From assembly GCA_963714855.1 (NCBI GenBank), contig CAVQPT010000014.1:112569-176568 (forward strand): 64,000 nt of DNA, read 5' to 3'. The notes under the pieces were generated by a model that saw only the letters and a program-made list of their open reading frames with translations, searched no databases and had not been told where the DNA came from. Position numbers and translations under genes: made by a program. Numbering within the stretch: position 1 is the stretch's first letter; the number at the start of each line of letters is the position of its first letter. Origin of the DNA: an uncultured Bacteroidota bacterium. GTDB taxonomy: Bacteria > Bacteroidota > Ignavibacteria > UBA10030 > UBA6906. Positions 45,700 through 55,015 of this stretch are shown here, piece by piece.

Positions 45700-48648
45700 A
45701 TGCCAAGGACACCTCTACTCCTGATCATCATTCTCGCGCTGGGACTGGCGGCTCCGGCTTCCCCCGGCGCTGATTTCTTCACCCTGCGCACAGGGAATAT
45801 GCGGCTTGTCTACTACTCGCCGACGCACTCCTACATCGTTCCACACCTCGCGCGCAGTTTTGAAAACTCCCTCGCATTCCACCGCAAGCTTTTTCATTTT
45901 GAGCCATCGCAGGATGTCCTGATTTTTCTGCAGGACTATGACGACTACGGATATGCCGGCGCCACCAGCATCCCCCGCAACTACATGATCCTCGGCATAT
46001 CTCCGTATGAATACACGTACGAGACGTCGCCGACAAACGAACGCTTCAACTGGGTGACCAGTCACGAGCTGACACACATTGTTGCCACCGACAAAGCCGC
46101 GCCGTCAGACCGATTTTTCCGCTCCATCCTGTTCGGCAAGGTCGTACCGGTTGCGGAAGAGCCTGTCTCAATTCTCTACAGCTACCTCACAACACCGCGG
46201 AAATATTCTCCCCGGTGGTACCACGAGGGGATCGCGGTCTTCATGGAGACGTGGATGGCGGGAGGCATCGGCCGCGCAATCAACGGCTATGACGAAATGG
46301 TCTTTCGCACGATGGTGCGCGAAGGGAGTTATTTCTACGATTTCGTCGGCCTCGAGTCGGAAGGAACAACTGTCGATTTTCAGATCGGTGCGAATTCCTA
46401 TCTGTACGGGACGCGGTTTGTGACCTATCTGGGTCGTGAATTCAGCCCTGCCCGGGTCATAGAGTGGTTCGACCGATCGGACACCAGCAACGCTTACTTC
46501 GCGTCAGCGTTTGCGAAGGTTTTCGGCCGGGATATCGATGACGTCTGGTCCGAGTGGATCGCCTTTGAGCATCGCTGGCAGGAGGCAAACCTCGATTCCA
46601 TCAATCAGTACCCGCGTACACAGATGCGGCCGATCGTCCCAGAGGCCCTGGGGGCTGTCTCGCGCGCCCATTTCGACGGCAAGACGCGCAACCTCTACCT
46701 GGGCGTCAATTTTCCGGGGGAGACCGCCCATATCATCTCCCTGAACATCGACAACGGCTCGATACGAAAAATCACGGACATCCCCACTCCTTCGTTGTAC
46801 AATGTGACGGCCACCGCGTTTGACGATTCGAGCGGGACTCTCTATTACACGACAAAAAACTCGAAGGGGTGGAGAGATCTCGTCGCTCTGGACGTTCGGA
46901 CCGGTCAGAACAGGATCCTCCTTGCCAACGCCCGCATCGGTGATCTCACCATGAACAAGGCTGACAAATCGCTCTGGGGAATTCAGCATCACGATGGCAT
47001 ATCACGACTCGTTCGCGTCCCCTACCCCTATCAGGGGTACCAGGAAATTGTCCCGTTCAAGTACGGCATCGATCTCTATGATCCGGACTTCTCGCCCGAT
47101 GGAGAGACGCTTGTTGCCTCCATGACCGAGATCAGCGGGCGACATTCTCTGATCGCCATCCCGCTCAACGAGCTTCTCAGCGCGGACATGAAACACGAAG
47201 TCCTGTACGAATTTGAGAACACCGCCCCGTTGAACTTCGTCTATTCTCCGGACGGAAAGTACCTGTTCGGCTCGACGTTCTACACGGGCGTATCCAACAT
47301 CGTCCGCTACGATATCGCCAGCAAGACCATGGAATGGCTGACGAATGTCGAAACAGGTCTCTTCCGCCCTGTGCCTGTGTCCGCCGACTCCGTTCTGGCA
47401 TTCCGGTATACAGCGAAGGGATTCCTGCCGGTGATGATCGCCAACACAACGCGCGACGACGTCCATGCGATATCCTACCTGGGGCAATCGGTGGTCGATC
47501 TGCATCCTGAAGTCAAGGAATGGAAACTTCCACCCCCGACCTCGCGGGTCATCAATCTCGATTCATTGACGGTCGCCACCGGCGAATACAACGGCCTGGA
47601 GAGTATTCAGCTGGGGTCGATTTACCCTGTGGCCCAGGGGTACAAGAACACCGTTGCCTGGGGAGCGCGGGCGAACCTCTTTGATCCGCTGCTGATGCAC
47701 AGCCTGGAGATGACCGCATCCTACTCTCCGAATCAGGGCCTCACACGGGATGAACGGTTCCATACCTCCGTGCGTTACAGGTACTGGCAGTGGAGTCTCA
47801 AGGCGGGCTATAATTCTGCTGATTTCTACGACCTCTTTGGACCGACAAAACGAAGTCGCAAAGGGTATGCCTTCACCCTGGGCTACAGTGATGGGATACT
47901 TGATGACCGGCCTGTCACGCTCGATTACTCACTCAGCGCCAGCGCCTACTGGGGACTGGAGCGATTGCCGTACTCTCAGAACATCGCCGTCACCTACGAC
48001 AGGTTTTTTGTTCTCAGCGGGAGCCTCGATTACCAACGGCGCCTTCGTTCGCTTGGCGCGGTGGACTATGAAAAAGGGGTCCAGATGTCTGTCGGAAACT
48101 ACACGTATGTCGTTCGATCGGTCTGGTTTCCCCAGTTTTACGCCACCGCAGACGTCGGGTTCGCGCTTCCCTGGAATCACTCCTCCCTCTGGATCAGAAC
48201 CGGCGGCGGCTACTCGCCCAAGGATGAAGATGAGCCCTTCTCGAATTTTTATTTCGGCGGGTTCGGGAACAACTACGTCGACTTTCGCGAGGTGAGCCGG
48301 TACCGTGATTTTGACAGCTTCCCGGGGACGAAACTAAATGCGATCGGCGGGACCACATTCGCGAAGGCCATGGCCGAATGGACACTCCCGCCGCTGCGGT
48401 TCAGGAGGTTCGGAGTTGCGGCCCTGTATTGCAACTGGACCCGCCTCTCCCTGTTTGGCGGATCCATCGCCGCAAATGTGCACAATCCGGCCCTGTTCAG
48501 GGTTGTCTCGAACGTCGGAGCGCAGGTGGATTTCAAGCTGGTAGTCTTCTCGAATCTTTCCGCGACGCTCTCCGCCGGGTATGCACTTGCCTTCGAGAAA
48601 GGCCGACTCCCCACAAAGGAGTTCATGATGTCGATCAAGATCCTTTGA
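45700..48648 (+). CDS. exported 982-aa protein: gluzincin-like HExxH domain + PD40/TolB-like beta-propeller region + C-terminal Omp85-like beta-barrel region
   Basis: Signal peptide MPRTPLLLIIILALGLAAPASPGA. SHELTHIV followed by WYHEGIAVFME. PD40-like repeats (DFSPDGETLV, VYSPDGKYLF). The C-terminal ~300 aa are Tyr/Gly/Phe-rich alternating strands ending in MSIKIL. Domain calls are pattern-based. Confidence 0.7.
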   Translation: MPRTPLLLIIILALGLAAPASPGADFFTLRTGNMRLVYYSPTHSYIVPHLARSFENSLAFHRKLFHFEPSQDVLIFLQDYDDYGYAGATSIPRNYMILGISPYEYTYETSPTNERFNWVTSHELTHIVATDKAAPSDRFFRSILFGKVVPVAEEPVSILYSYLTTPRKYSPRWYHEGIAVFMETWMAGGIGRAINGYDEMVFRTMVREGSYFYDFVGLESEGTTVDFQIGANSYLYGTRFVTYLGREFSPARVIEWFDRSDTSNAYFASAFAKVFGRDIDDVWSEWIAFEHRWQEANLDSINQYPRTQMRPIVPEALGAVSRAHFDGKTRNLYLGVNFPGETAHIISLNIDNGSIRKITDIPTPSLYNVTATAFDDSSGTLYYTTKNSKGWRDLVALDVRTGQNRILLANARIGDLTMNKADKSLWGIQHHDGISRLVRVPYPYQGYQEIVPFKYGIDLYDPDFSPDGETLVASMTEISGRHSLIAIPLNELLSADMKHEVLYEFENTAPLNFVYSPDGKYLFGSTFYTGVSNIVRYDIASKTMEWLTNVETGLFRPVPVSADSVLAFRYTAKGFLPVMIANTTRDDVHAISYLGQSVVDLHPEVKEWKLPPPTSRVINLDSLTVATGEYNGLESIQLGSIYPVAQGYKNTVAWGARANLFDPLLMHSLEMTASYSPNQGLTRDERFHTSVRYRYWQWSLKAGYNSADFYDLFGPTKRSRKGYAFTLGYSDGILDDRPVTLDYSLSASAYWGLERLPYSQNIAVTYDRFFVLSGSLDYQRRLRSLGAVDYEKGVQMSVGNYTYVVRSVWFPQFYATADVGFALPWNHSSLWIRTGGGYSPKDEDEPFSNFYFGGFGNNYVDFREVSRYRDFDSFPGTKLNAIGGTTFAKAMAEWTLPPLRFRRFGVAALYCNWTRLSLFGGSIAANVHNPALFRVVSNVGAQVDFKLVVFSNLSATLSAGYALAFEKGRLPTKEFMMSIKIL

Positions 48649-48650
48649 CG

Positions 48651-49661
48651 ATGGATCGCATCCTCCAGCTGGTTGTCGCCCTCCTCCCCGTGCTCGTGTT
48701 TCTCGGGAGTCTGGTGGTGCTGGACAGCTTCAAGCTTCTCCGGATACGCGAAGTATTTGCCACCATCGGCGTCGGTGTCATTATCGCGCTCGTAGGGTAC
48801 GGCGTGAACACAGGGATCTCTCAGGCGTTCAACCTTGAGGGAGCGACCCTTACCCGTTACGTCGGGCCGGCAGTTGAAGAGGTGCTCAAATCCCTATTTC
48901 TCCTCTTCCTGATCCGGACGCATAAGATTGGCTTTATGGTGGACGCGGCCGTACGCGGGTTCGCCATAGGGGCGGGATTCGCCATCGTCGAAAACCTTTA
49001 CTACATGCATATGCGCACTGAAGCCCACCTGGTCGTCTGGATCATCCGGGGATTCGGCACGGCCCTCATGCATGGGGGAATGACTGCAATCGTCGGGATC
49101 ACTGCAAAGGCGCTGATCGACCGCGCCGGCTCGTGGAAAATCCACCTGGTCCTCCCCGGGCTCCTTCTGGCAATGGTCCTGCACTCCCTGTTTAACCACT
49201 TCTTCGTGTCGCCGATGATTTCAACGCTGCTGACACTCGGCCTTCTCCCCCTCATCCTCGTCGCAGTCTTCAAACAGAGCGAATCAGTGACGCGCGACTG
49301 GCTGGGTGCGGGATTCGATACAGACAGGGAGATCCTGGAGATGATCACCTCCGGGGTCCTTGCCGAAAACAGAGTCGGCCGGTACCTGCATTCCCTGCAG
49401 GACCGTTTCCCTCCTGAAACAGTGGCCGACATGCTCTGCCTCCTCAGGCTCCACAGCGAACTCGCGGTCAGGGCAAAAGGGGTTCTTCTGATGCGAGATG
49501 CTGGATTTGAGCCTCCTCCAGACCAGGAGGCCCGGGACCAGATTCAGGAGTTGCGGTACCTGCAGAAAACCATCGGCAGGACGGGCCTTCTGGCGCTTCA
49601 TCCCATTTTGAACACTGGAAGCAGGGATTTGTGGCAGATTTCACTTCTTCGGAAAGAGTAA
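48651..49661 (+). CDS. prsW: PrsW-family intramembrane metalloprotease
   Basis: ATG 48651 lies 3 nt after the upstream stop. Polytopic. Motifs: AVEEVLKSLFLLFLIR, GFAIGAGFAIVENLYYM, RGFGTALMHGGMTAIVG. Confidence 0.8.
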   Translation: MDRILQLVVALLPVLVFLGSLVVLDSFKLLRIREVFATIGVGVIIALVGYGVNTGISQAFNLEGATLTRYVGPAVEEVLKSLFLLFLIRTHKIGFMVDAAVRGFAIGAGFAIVENLYYMHMRTEAHLVVWIIRGFGTALMHGGMTAIVGITAKALIDRAGSWKIHLVLPGLLLAMVLHSLFNHFFVSPMISTLLTLGLLPLILVAVFKQSESVTRDWLGAGFDTDREILEMITSGVLAENRVGRYLHSLQDRFPPETVADMLCLLRLHSELAVRAKGVLLMRDAGFEPPPDQEARDQIQELRYLQKTIGRTGLLALHPILNTGSRDLWQISLLRKE

Positions 49662-49752
49662 ATAGGAGTGTAAGATCGACCAACTTTTCAACCCCAGGAC
49701 AGTAGTTCCATTAGACCAGCTCCCTCACCACAACAAATCTGCAGGAGGTACC

Positions 49753-50433
49753 ATGGATAACCCAACCACCCCAACGACCGGGAAACGCAAATTCCGGATA
49801 TTGATCGGCAGTGCTCTGGCAGTCATCGTTGTTCTGGCCGCCGTTGCGATTCTGCTGCCCTATCCTCCTGAAGAGGACACAGCCGGAACCATCGGGGCAG
49901 CCAAGAAGTACCGGGCGGAGCAGATCAGCGAGGCAGACGTCGAGCTGGCCGGACAGTCCACCGCCACTGCAACGGCAGCAAACGCCTCCGCCAACGTGGA
50001 TGCCAGCGGCAGAGTCGCCATCGAGGAGAGAGCTTCCCTGGTGAGCCGCGCGACACTCGAGCAGCGGGCTACAATGTTCGCGAGCCTCCCAGCGGAACAA
50101 ATGAAGGCTCTTCTGGACCGGACACCGGCAGAAGCCATGAAGGCCGCGTTTAGCCGGATGAACACCGCCGAGAAGAATGCCATCCTGGCAAAGGTGCCTG
50201 CTGAAGAGCGCGCCACGTTTTTCGATAAGATGAGCCAGCTCGACAGCCGCCAGTTGGCGCTTGCAAAGATCCCCGTGGAATCCCGGTACGCTATCTTTAA
50301 TGCAGTCCCCGTTGAAGCGAAGACTGCAGTGCTCAACGCACTCCCGGTAGCCGAGCGGAACAGCGTCCTGAACGCCATGCCGGTGGAAGCCATGCGGATG
50401 GAAGCCCGGATGGAAGCGAAGACCGCACGATAA
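49753..50433 (+). CDS. membrane-anchored protein with about ten tandem 12-aa helical P-x-E repeats (MgtE_N/FliG-ARM-like)
   Basis: ATG 49753 follows AGGAGG. N-terminal TM (ILIGSALAVIVVLAAVAILL). Repeats: PAEQMKALLDRT / PAEAMKAAFSRM / NTAEKNAILAKV / PAEERATFFDKM / PVESRYAIFNAV / PVEAKTAVLNAL / PVAERNSVLNAM / PVEAMRMEARME. A strong terminator follows. Confidence 0.6.
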   Translation: MDNPTTPTTGKRKFRILIGSALAVIVVLAAVAILLPYPPEEDTAGTIGAAKKYRAEQISEADVELAGQSTATATAANASANVDASGRVAIEERASLVSRATLEQRATMFASLPAEQMKALLDRTPAEAMKAAFSRMNTAEKNAILAKVPAEERATFFDKMSQLDSRQLALAKIPVESRYAIFNAVPVEAKTAVLNALPVAERNSVLNAMPVEAMRMEARMEAKTAR

Positions 50434-50470
50434 AGTAACGCCACGTATCTGCTCATCGTAACAATTCCGA

Positions 50471-50508
50471 GGCGGGCAACCTGATACAGAGGTTGCCCGC
50501 CTTTTGTT
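50471..50508 (+). terminator. Rho-independent terminator
   Basis: GGCGGGCAACC (50471-50481), a 9-nt loop, GGTTGCCCGCC (50491-50501), then TTTTGTT. It lies 37 nt after the stop at 50433. Confidence 0.7.
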
Positions 50509-50635
50509 GCACTCGGTTTTCAACCCGCACGTTGCTATTCTGCGCTTCTCCGCGTATCTTCTCCAAGATTTTGAACTCCGACATTGCTTCGTTACACATT
50601 GTCTCTGCACACGCGGAGATTGAAAGAACCGAAAG

Positions 50636-51508
50636 ATGAAGAATCTCCTGTACTGTATGTTTACGCCGGGCATTTTCAGCGCGGAGATTACATATTCCCT
50701 GCACTCTGCATATCGATTCCTCCCTCCGAGCCGTAGCGACTACCGCTTTCTGATTTATTGCGTCGACCCGTCTTACTTTGCAGGGCTCCGCGCGGATCTG
50801 ATTCCCTATGATCCCGAGCAGATCAAGGAGTGGGCCGGTCCACACAACTTCTTCTGGCGCATCAAGATCAAGACACTCATGGATGCCCTCCAGCGGTACA
50901 ATGAGCCAACAATCCTGCTTGACGGTGATACGTATTTCCGGAAATCGCCCGACCGCCTGTTCGAGCGGCTCCGGCCGGGTCACTCACTGCTCCACATACG
51001 TGAGGGTCGTGTCCATGAACTGAACGATCAGGTCCACAGAGATCTCCGGGCGCTCTTGTTGCAACAAACCGTTCTTGATCCTGCGACGGGCGCTTCTATC
51101 CCGCCCACACAGGCGATGTGGAATGCCGGGACGGTTGGTTTGCATCCGTCGGACCTGCCGGTATTGCAGCATGCGATTGATCTCACAGACCGGATCGTCG
51201 CAGAGGACCACATCTTCACAGCAGAACAATTTTCCCTCTCCTACTGCATGGAAACACAAACCCGTCTTCACGCCGCCGACGACATCGTCTTTCATTATTG
51301 GAATATGCGCTACCGCCGCCCTTTCCGTGCGATCCTCGATGACCTCCTTCGAGCATCACGGGGGCTCGCTGAAGCAGAACGAGTCAAGAGGTTCTACAGG
51401 ATACGTCCCCGAGCGACCCGACGCAAGAGGGTCGCAAACCGTATCATCCGAACATTCGACCGAATTGGCATCACGCTTCTCCCGCATGATCCTCGCCAGA
51501 GCGGTTGA
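50636..51508 (+). CDS. hypothetical protein, possibly a GT-A-like nucleotide-sugar transferase
   Basis: 290-aa ORF starting at ATG 50636. It has a DxD-like LLDGDTYF and no TM. The product call is weak. Confidence 0.45.
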   Translation: MKNLLYCMFTPGIFSAEITYSLHSAYRFLPPSRSDYRFLIYCVDPSYFAGLRADLIPYDPEQIKEWAGPHNFFWRIKIKTLMDALQRYNEPTILLDGDTYFRKSPDRLFERLRPGHSLLHIREGRVHELNDQVHRDLRALLLQQTVLDPATGASIPPTQAMWNAGTVGLHPSDLPVLQHAIDLTDRIVAEDHIFTAEQFSLSYCMETQTRLHAADDIVFHYWNMRYRRPFRAILDDLLRASRGLAEAERVKRFYRIRPRATRRKRVANRIIRTFDRIGITLLPHDPRQSG

Positions 51509-51529
51509 GGCCGAAAGCACCTCGCCTGA

Positions 51530-52564
<1,035 letters not shown>

Positions 52565-52565
52565 A

Positions 52566-54668
52566 TCAATGAACGAGAAGGGCTTTGCTCGTCAGATTTG
52601 CGCTTCCGGCCTGCAACCGGAAGAGGTACACTCCGCTGGAGAGGCCGCGGCCGTCAAACTGGACCTCATGGTATCCCGCCCCCTCCACATCATCAAACAG
52701 ATCGCGCACAATTCTCCCGAGGAGATCGTACACGGTCAGACGAACACGTGACCGCTTCGGCAAGAGAAAACAGATGTTCGTTGTCGGATTGAACGGATTG
52801 GGGTAGTTTTGGAGGAGAGCCGGCTGGACAGGTAGCGGCGCGCCGATCTGAACACTTGTCGGCTGCACGAAAGAATAGCGGATGATGGTCCCGCTATTCC
52901 CTGCGATCCAGGCCTGTGATCGGTCAGGAAACCAGACAGCGCTACAGTCGTTCGTCGTCACCCTCGGCGACGGGTTCCAGGTCGTGCCGCCATCGGTGGT
53001 CTGGACCACCATCCCCATGTCCCCCACGGCCATCCCCACAAGTGTGTCCGCGAGCTGCACGTGACGGTAAGCCGTCCCCTGCGAGAGACCGACCGAAGCT
53101 ATCGCCCAGTTTCTGCCGCCGTCTGCCGTTCGGAGAATCGTGCTCCGGAAACCGACGGCGAGTCCGAGCGATGGCGTGGCAAAGTGGACGTCGCTCAGGT
53201 TGTCCTCTGTTTGGCTGATTTGCGGTGCCCAGCTGATCCCGCCATCGGTGGTACGGAGTATTATCCCGAAATCACCAACTGCGCATGCCTCTCCTTCACC
53301 GGCTCCGTGGACACCGTAAAGGCGCACCGTCACGGGGGTGTCCTGCCGGTGCCAGGACTCGCCTCCGTCTGTAGTGCGGATCACCCGTCCCCCGTCCCCG
53401 GCGGCGACTCCCATGAGCCGATTCCAAAAGTGGACGGCAAAGAGTGGTCCGACCCCAACCTGCGACACCCACTGCTTCCCGCCATCGGTCGTGCGCAAGA
53501 GCACATCCCACCCCACGACTACGCCATGGAGCGAATCTGTGAACGTGATCGCATTGAGTCCTGCACTGGTGACAAGCGAGTGGTCCTCCCACGTTCGGCC
53601 GCCGTCGTCGGTACGGAGGATCGTCCCGGCGTTCCCGACCGCGATCCCGTGCATCTCGTTCGTGAAGCAGATATCCTGTAGACGTTCTGTCCGCCCCTTG
53701 GTTCGATTGACCCACTGTTGTCCGCCGTTCGTCGTGCGCAGGACCGTACCCGCATCTCCGACCGCCAGTGCCGTTGCTGCGTCACTGAAATGAATTCCAT
53801 AGAGCCAGGATTCCGTGATCGCCGGCTGGAGTATCCATGTTCGTCCGCCGTCTGTCGTTTTCGTGACGGTTCCAACGTCGCCGACGGCGATCCCCCGTAG
53901 GGTGTCGAACAACATCACGGCGTTGAGCCAGTTCGTCGTGCCGCTTTCGCGTGGCTCCCAGCTCCGGCCGTAGTCTGTACTCCGGAGAATCGTTCCACTC
54001 GCCCCGGCAATTATTCCCAAGCCGCCATTCAGAAGGTGGGCGGACAGAAGTCTGCCGGGCACGCCGCTCAACACATTCGTCCACGTCAAACCAGCATCTG
54101 TGGTCCGCTGTATAGTTCCTCCATGCCCCACGGCAACACCGGTGGTCGGGCCGGCAAACGAAACCCCCTGAAGGTTTCTGCCAGTTCCGCTCGTTTGCTG
54201 CGTCCAAGTGTAACCACCGTCGAGACTCCGTATGATCGTGCCATTCAATCCAACTGCACATGCCAGGTGGGGTTCAGGGAAGTCTACGGCGTAGAGCCGC
54301 TGCTCAGTGCCGCCGGGGACACTCGTCCAGGCGACACCGCCGTCATCAGTGCGTAGAACCTCTCCGGATTCTCCGACGGCGATCCCCTGAGTCGGATTCG
54401 TGAACCGTATGCCGAACAGGGAGAGCGTAGTGTTACCGGGGTGGGAAGACCATGTTTCGCCTGCGTCACGGGTGTTCAACATCGTTCCCGCGTAACCAAC
54501 CGCCCACCCGGAGTTCTGGTCAATGAAGTCGAAACCCCGAAGGACATTACCTTGTGGGAGAGGATTGCGCCATTCCCACTGCGGCTGGCTGTAGAGGTGG
54601 GTGACGAGGGGAGCCACAAGGAAGGCGAGAAACCAGCAAACAGCATGATGTATCATGGCATGCCTCAT
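52566..54668 (-). CDS. BNR/Asp-box repeat (Ycf48/sialidase-like double beta-propeller) protein with T9SS C-terminal sorting domain
   Basis: About 12 Asp-box repeats (TDDGGVAWTS, SLDGGYTWTQ, TTDAGLTWTN, STDYGRSWEP, TTDGGRTWIL and others). C-terminus: LQNYPNPFNPTTNICF...VYLFRLQAGSANLTSKALLVH. Its stop is 1 nt from the convergent ldh stop. Confidence 0.85.
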   Translation of the reverse strand: MRHAMIHHAVCWFLAFLVAPLVTHLYSQPQWEWRNPLPQGNVLRGFDFIDQNSGWAVGYAGTMLNTRDAGETWSSHPGNTTLSLFGIRFTNPTQGIAVGESGEVLRTDDGGVAWTSVPGGTEQRLYAVDFPEPHLACAVGLNGTIIRSLDGGYTWTQQTSGTGRNLQGVSFAGPTTGVAVGHGGTIQRTTDAGLTWTNVLSGVPGRLLSAHLLNGGLGIIAGASGTILRSTDYGRSWEPRESGTTNWLNAVMLFDTLRGIAVGDVGTVTKTTDGGRTWILQPAITESWLYGIHFSDAATALAVGDAGTVLRTTNGGQQWVNRTKGRTERLQDICFTNEMHGIAVGNAGTILRTDDGGRTWEDHSLVTSAGLNAITFTDSLHGVVVGWDVLLRTTDGGKQWVSQVGVGPLFAVHFWNRLMGVAAGDGGRVIRTTDGGESWHRQDTPVTVRLYGVHGAGEGEACAVGDFGIILRTTDGGISWAPQISQTEDNLSDVHFATPSLGLAVGFRSTILRTADGGRNWAIASVGLSQGTAYRHVQLADTLVGMAVGDMGMVVQTTDGGTTWNPSPRVTTNDCSAVWFPDRSQAWIAGNSGTIIRYSFVQPTSVQIGAPLPVQPALLQNYPNPFNPTTNICFLLPKRSRVRLTVYDLLGRIVRDLFDDVEGAGYHEVQFDGRGLSSGVYLFRLQAGSANLTSKALLVH

Positions 54669-54731
54669 GCGTTCGAGGAACGGATCAGAGCCGAACGGCG
54701 TTGATGGGCCGGACCCCTTTCACACACCGAC

Positions 54732-54760
54732 AACATACTCATCGCACCCACCAAACGCAA
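54732..54760 (-). promoter_or_regulatory. sigma-70-type promoter candidate TTGCGT-N17-TATGTT (minus strand)
   Basis: The reverse complement reads TTGCGT (54755-54760), a 17-nt spacer, then TATGTT (54732-54737). It lies 64 nt upstream of start 54668. It is weaker than the TTGACT sites. Confidence 0.2.
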
Positions 54761-55015
54761 TGGTCGTCCGGACACCGACGCATATGAACCTGGATGGATA
54801 CCACGGCCGCAACGAGACCCGCCTTCTGGTAAAGCACCCGCCGCCGACATTCGGCAGTAGACAGATGGTCATCCTCACGCGCGCGGAGGAGTACTCCGAG
54901 GTTCCGGCTGCGGTCCCGTCAGCTCCTCACACAAGCCCTTGAATCGAAGGTCGCAAGCCGGGACAACAGATCTCCCGGAGTGAGAACGTCTGGCATCGGA
55001 GTCACACCATGCCCA

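Noticed and set aside
49711-50673. 320-aa and 198-aa minus-strand ORFs overlapping the repeat protein
   Set aside because: The + ORF has an AGGAGG RBS, a TM helix, a regular amphipathic repeat and a downstream terminator. The minus ORFs are Ala/Ser/Arg-rich mirror images of that repeat.
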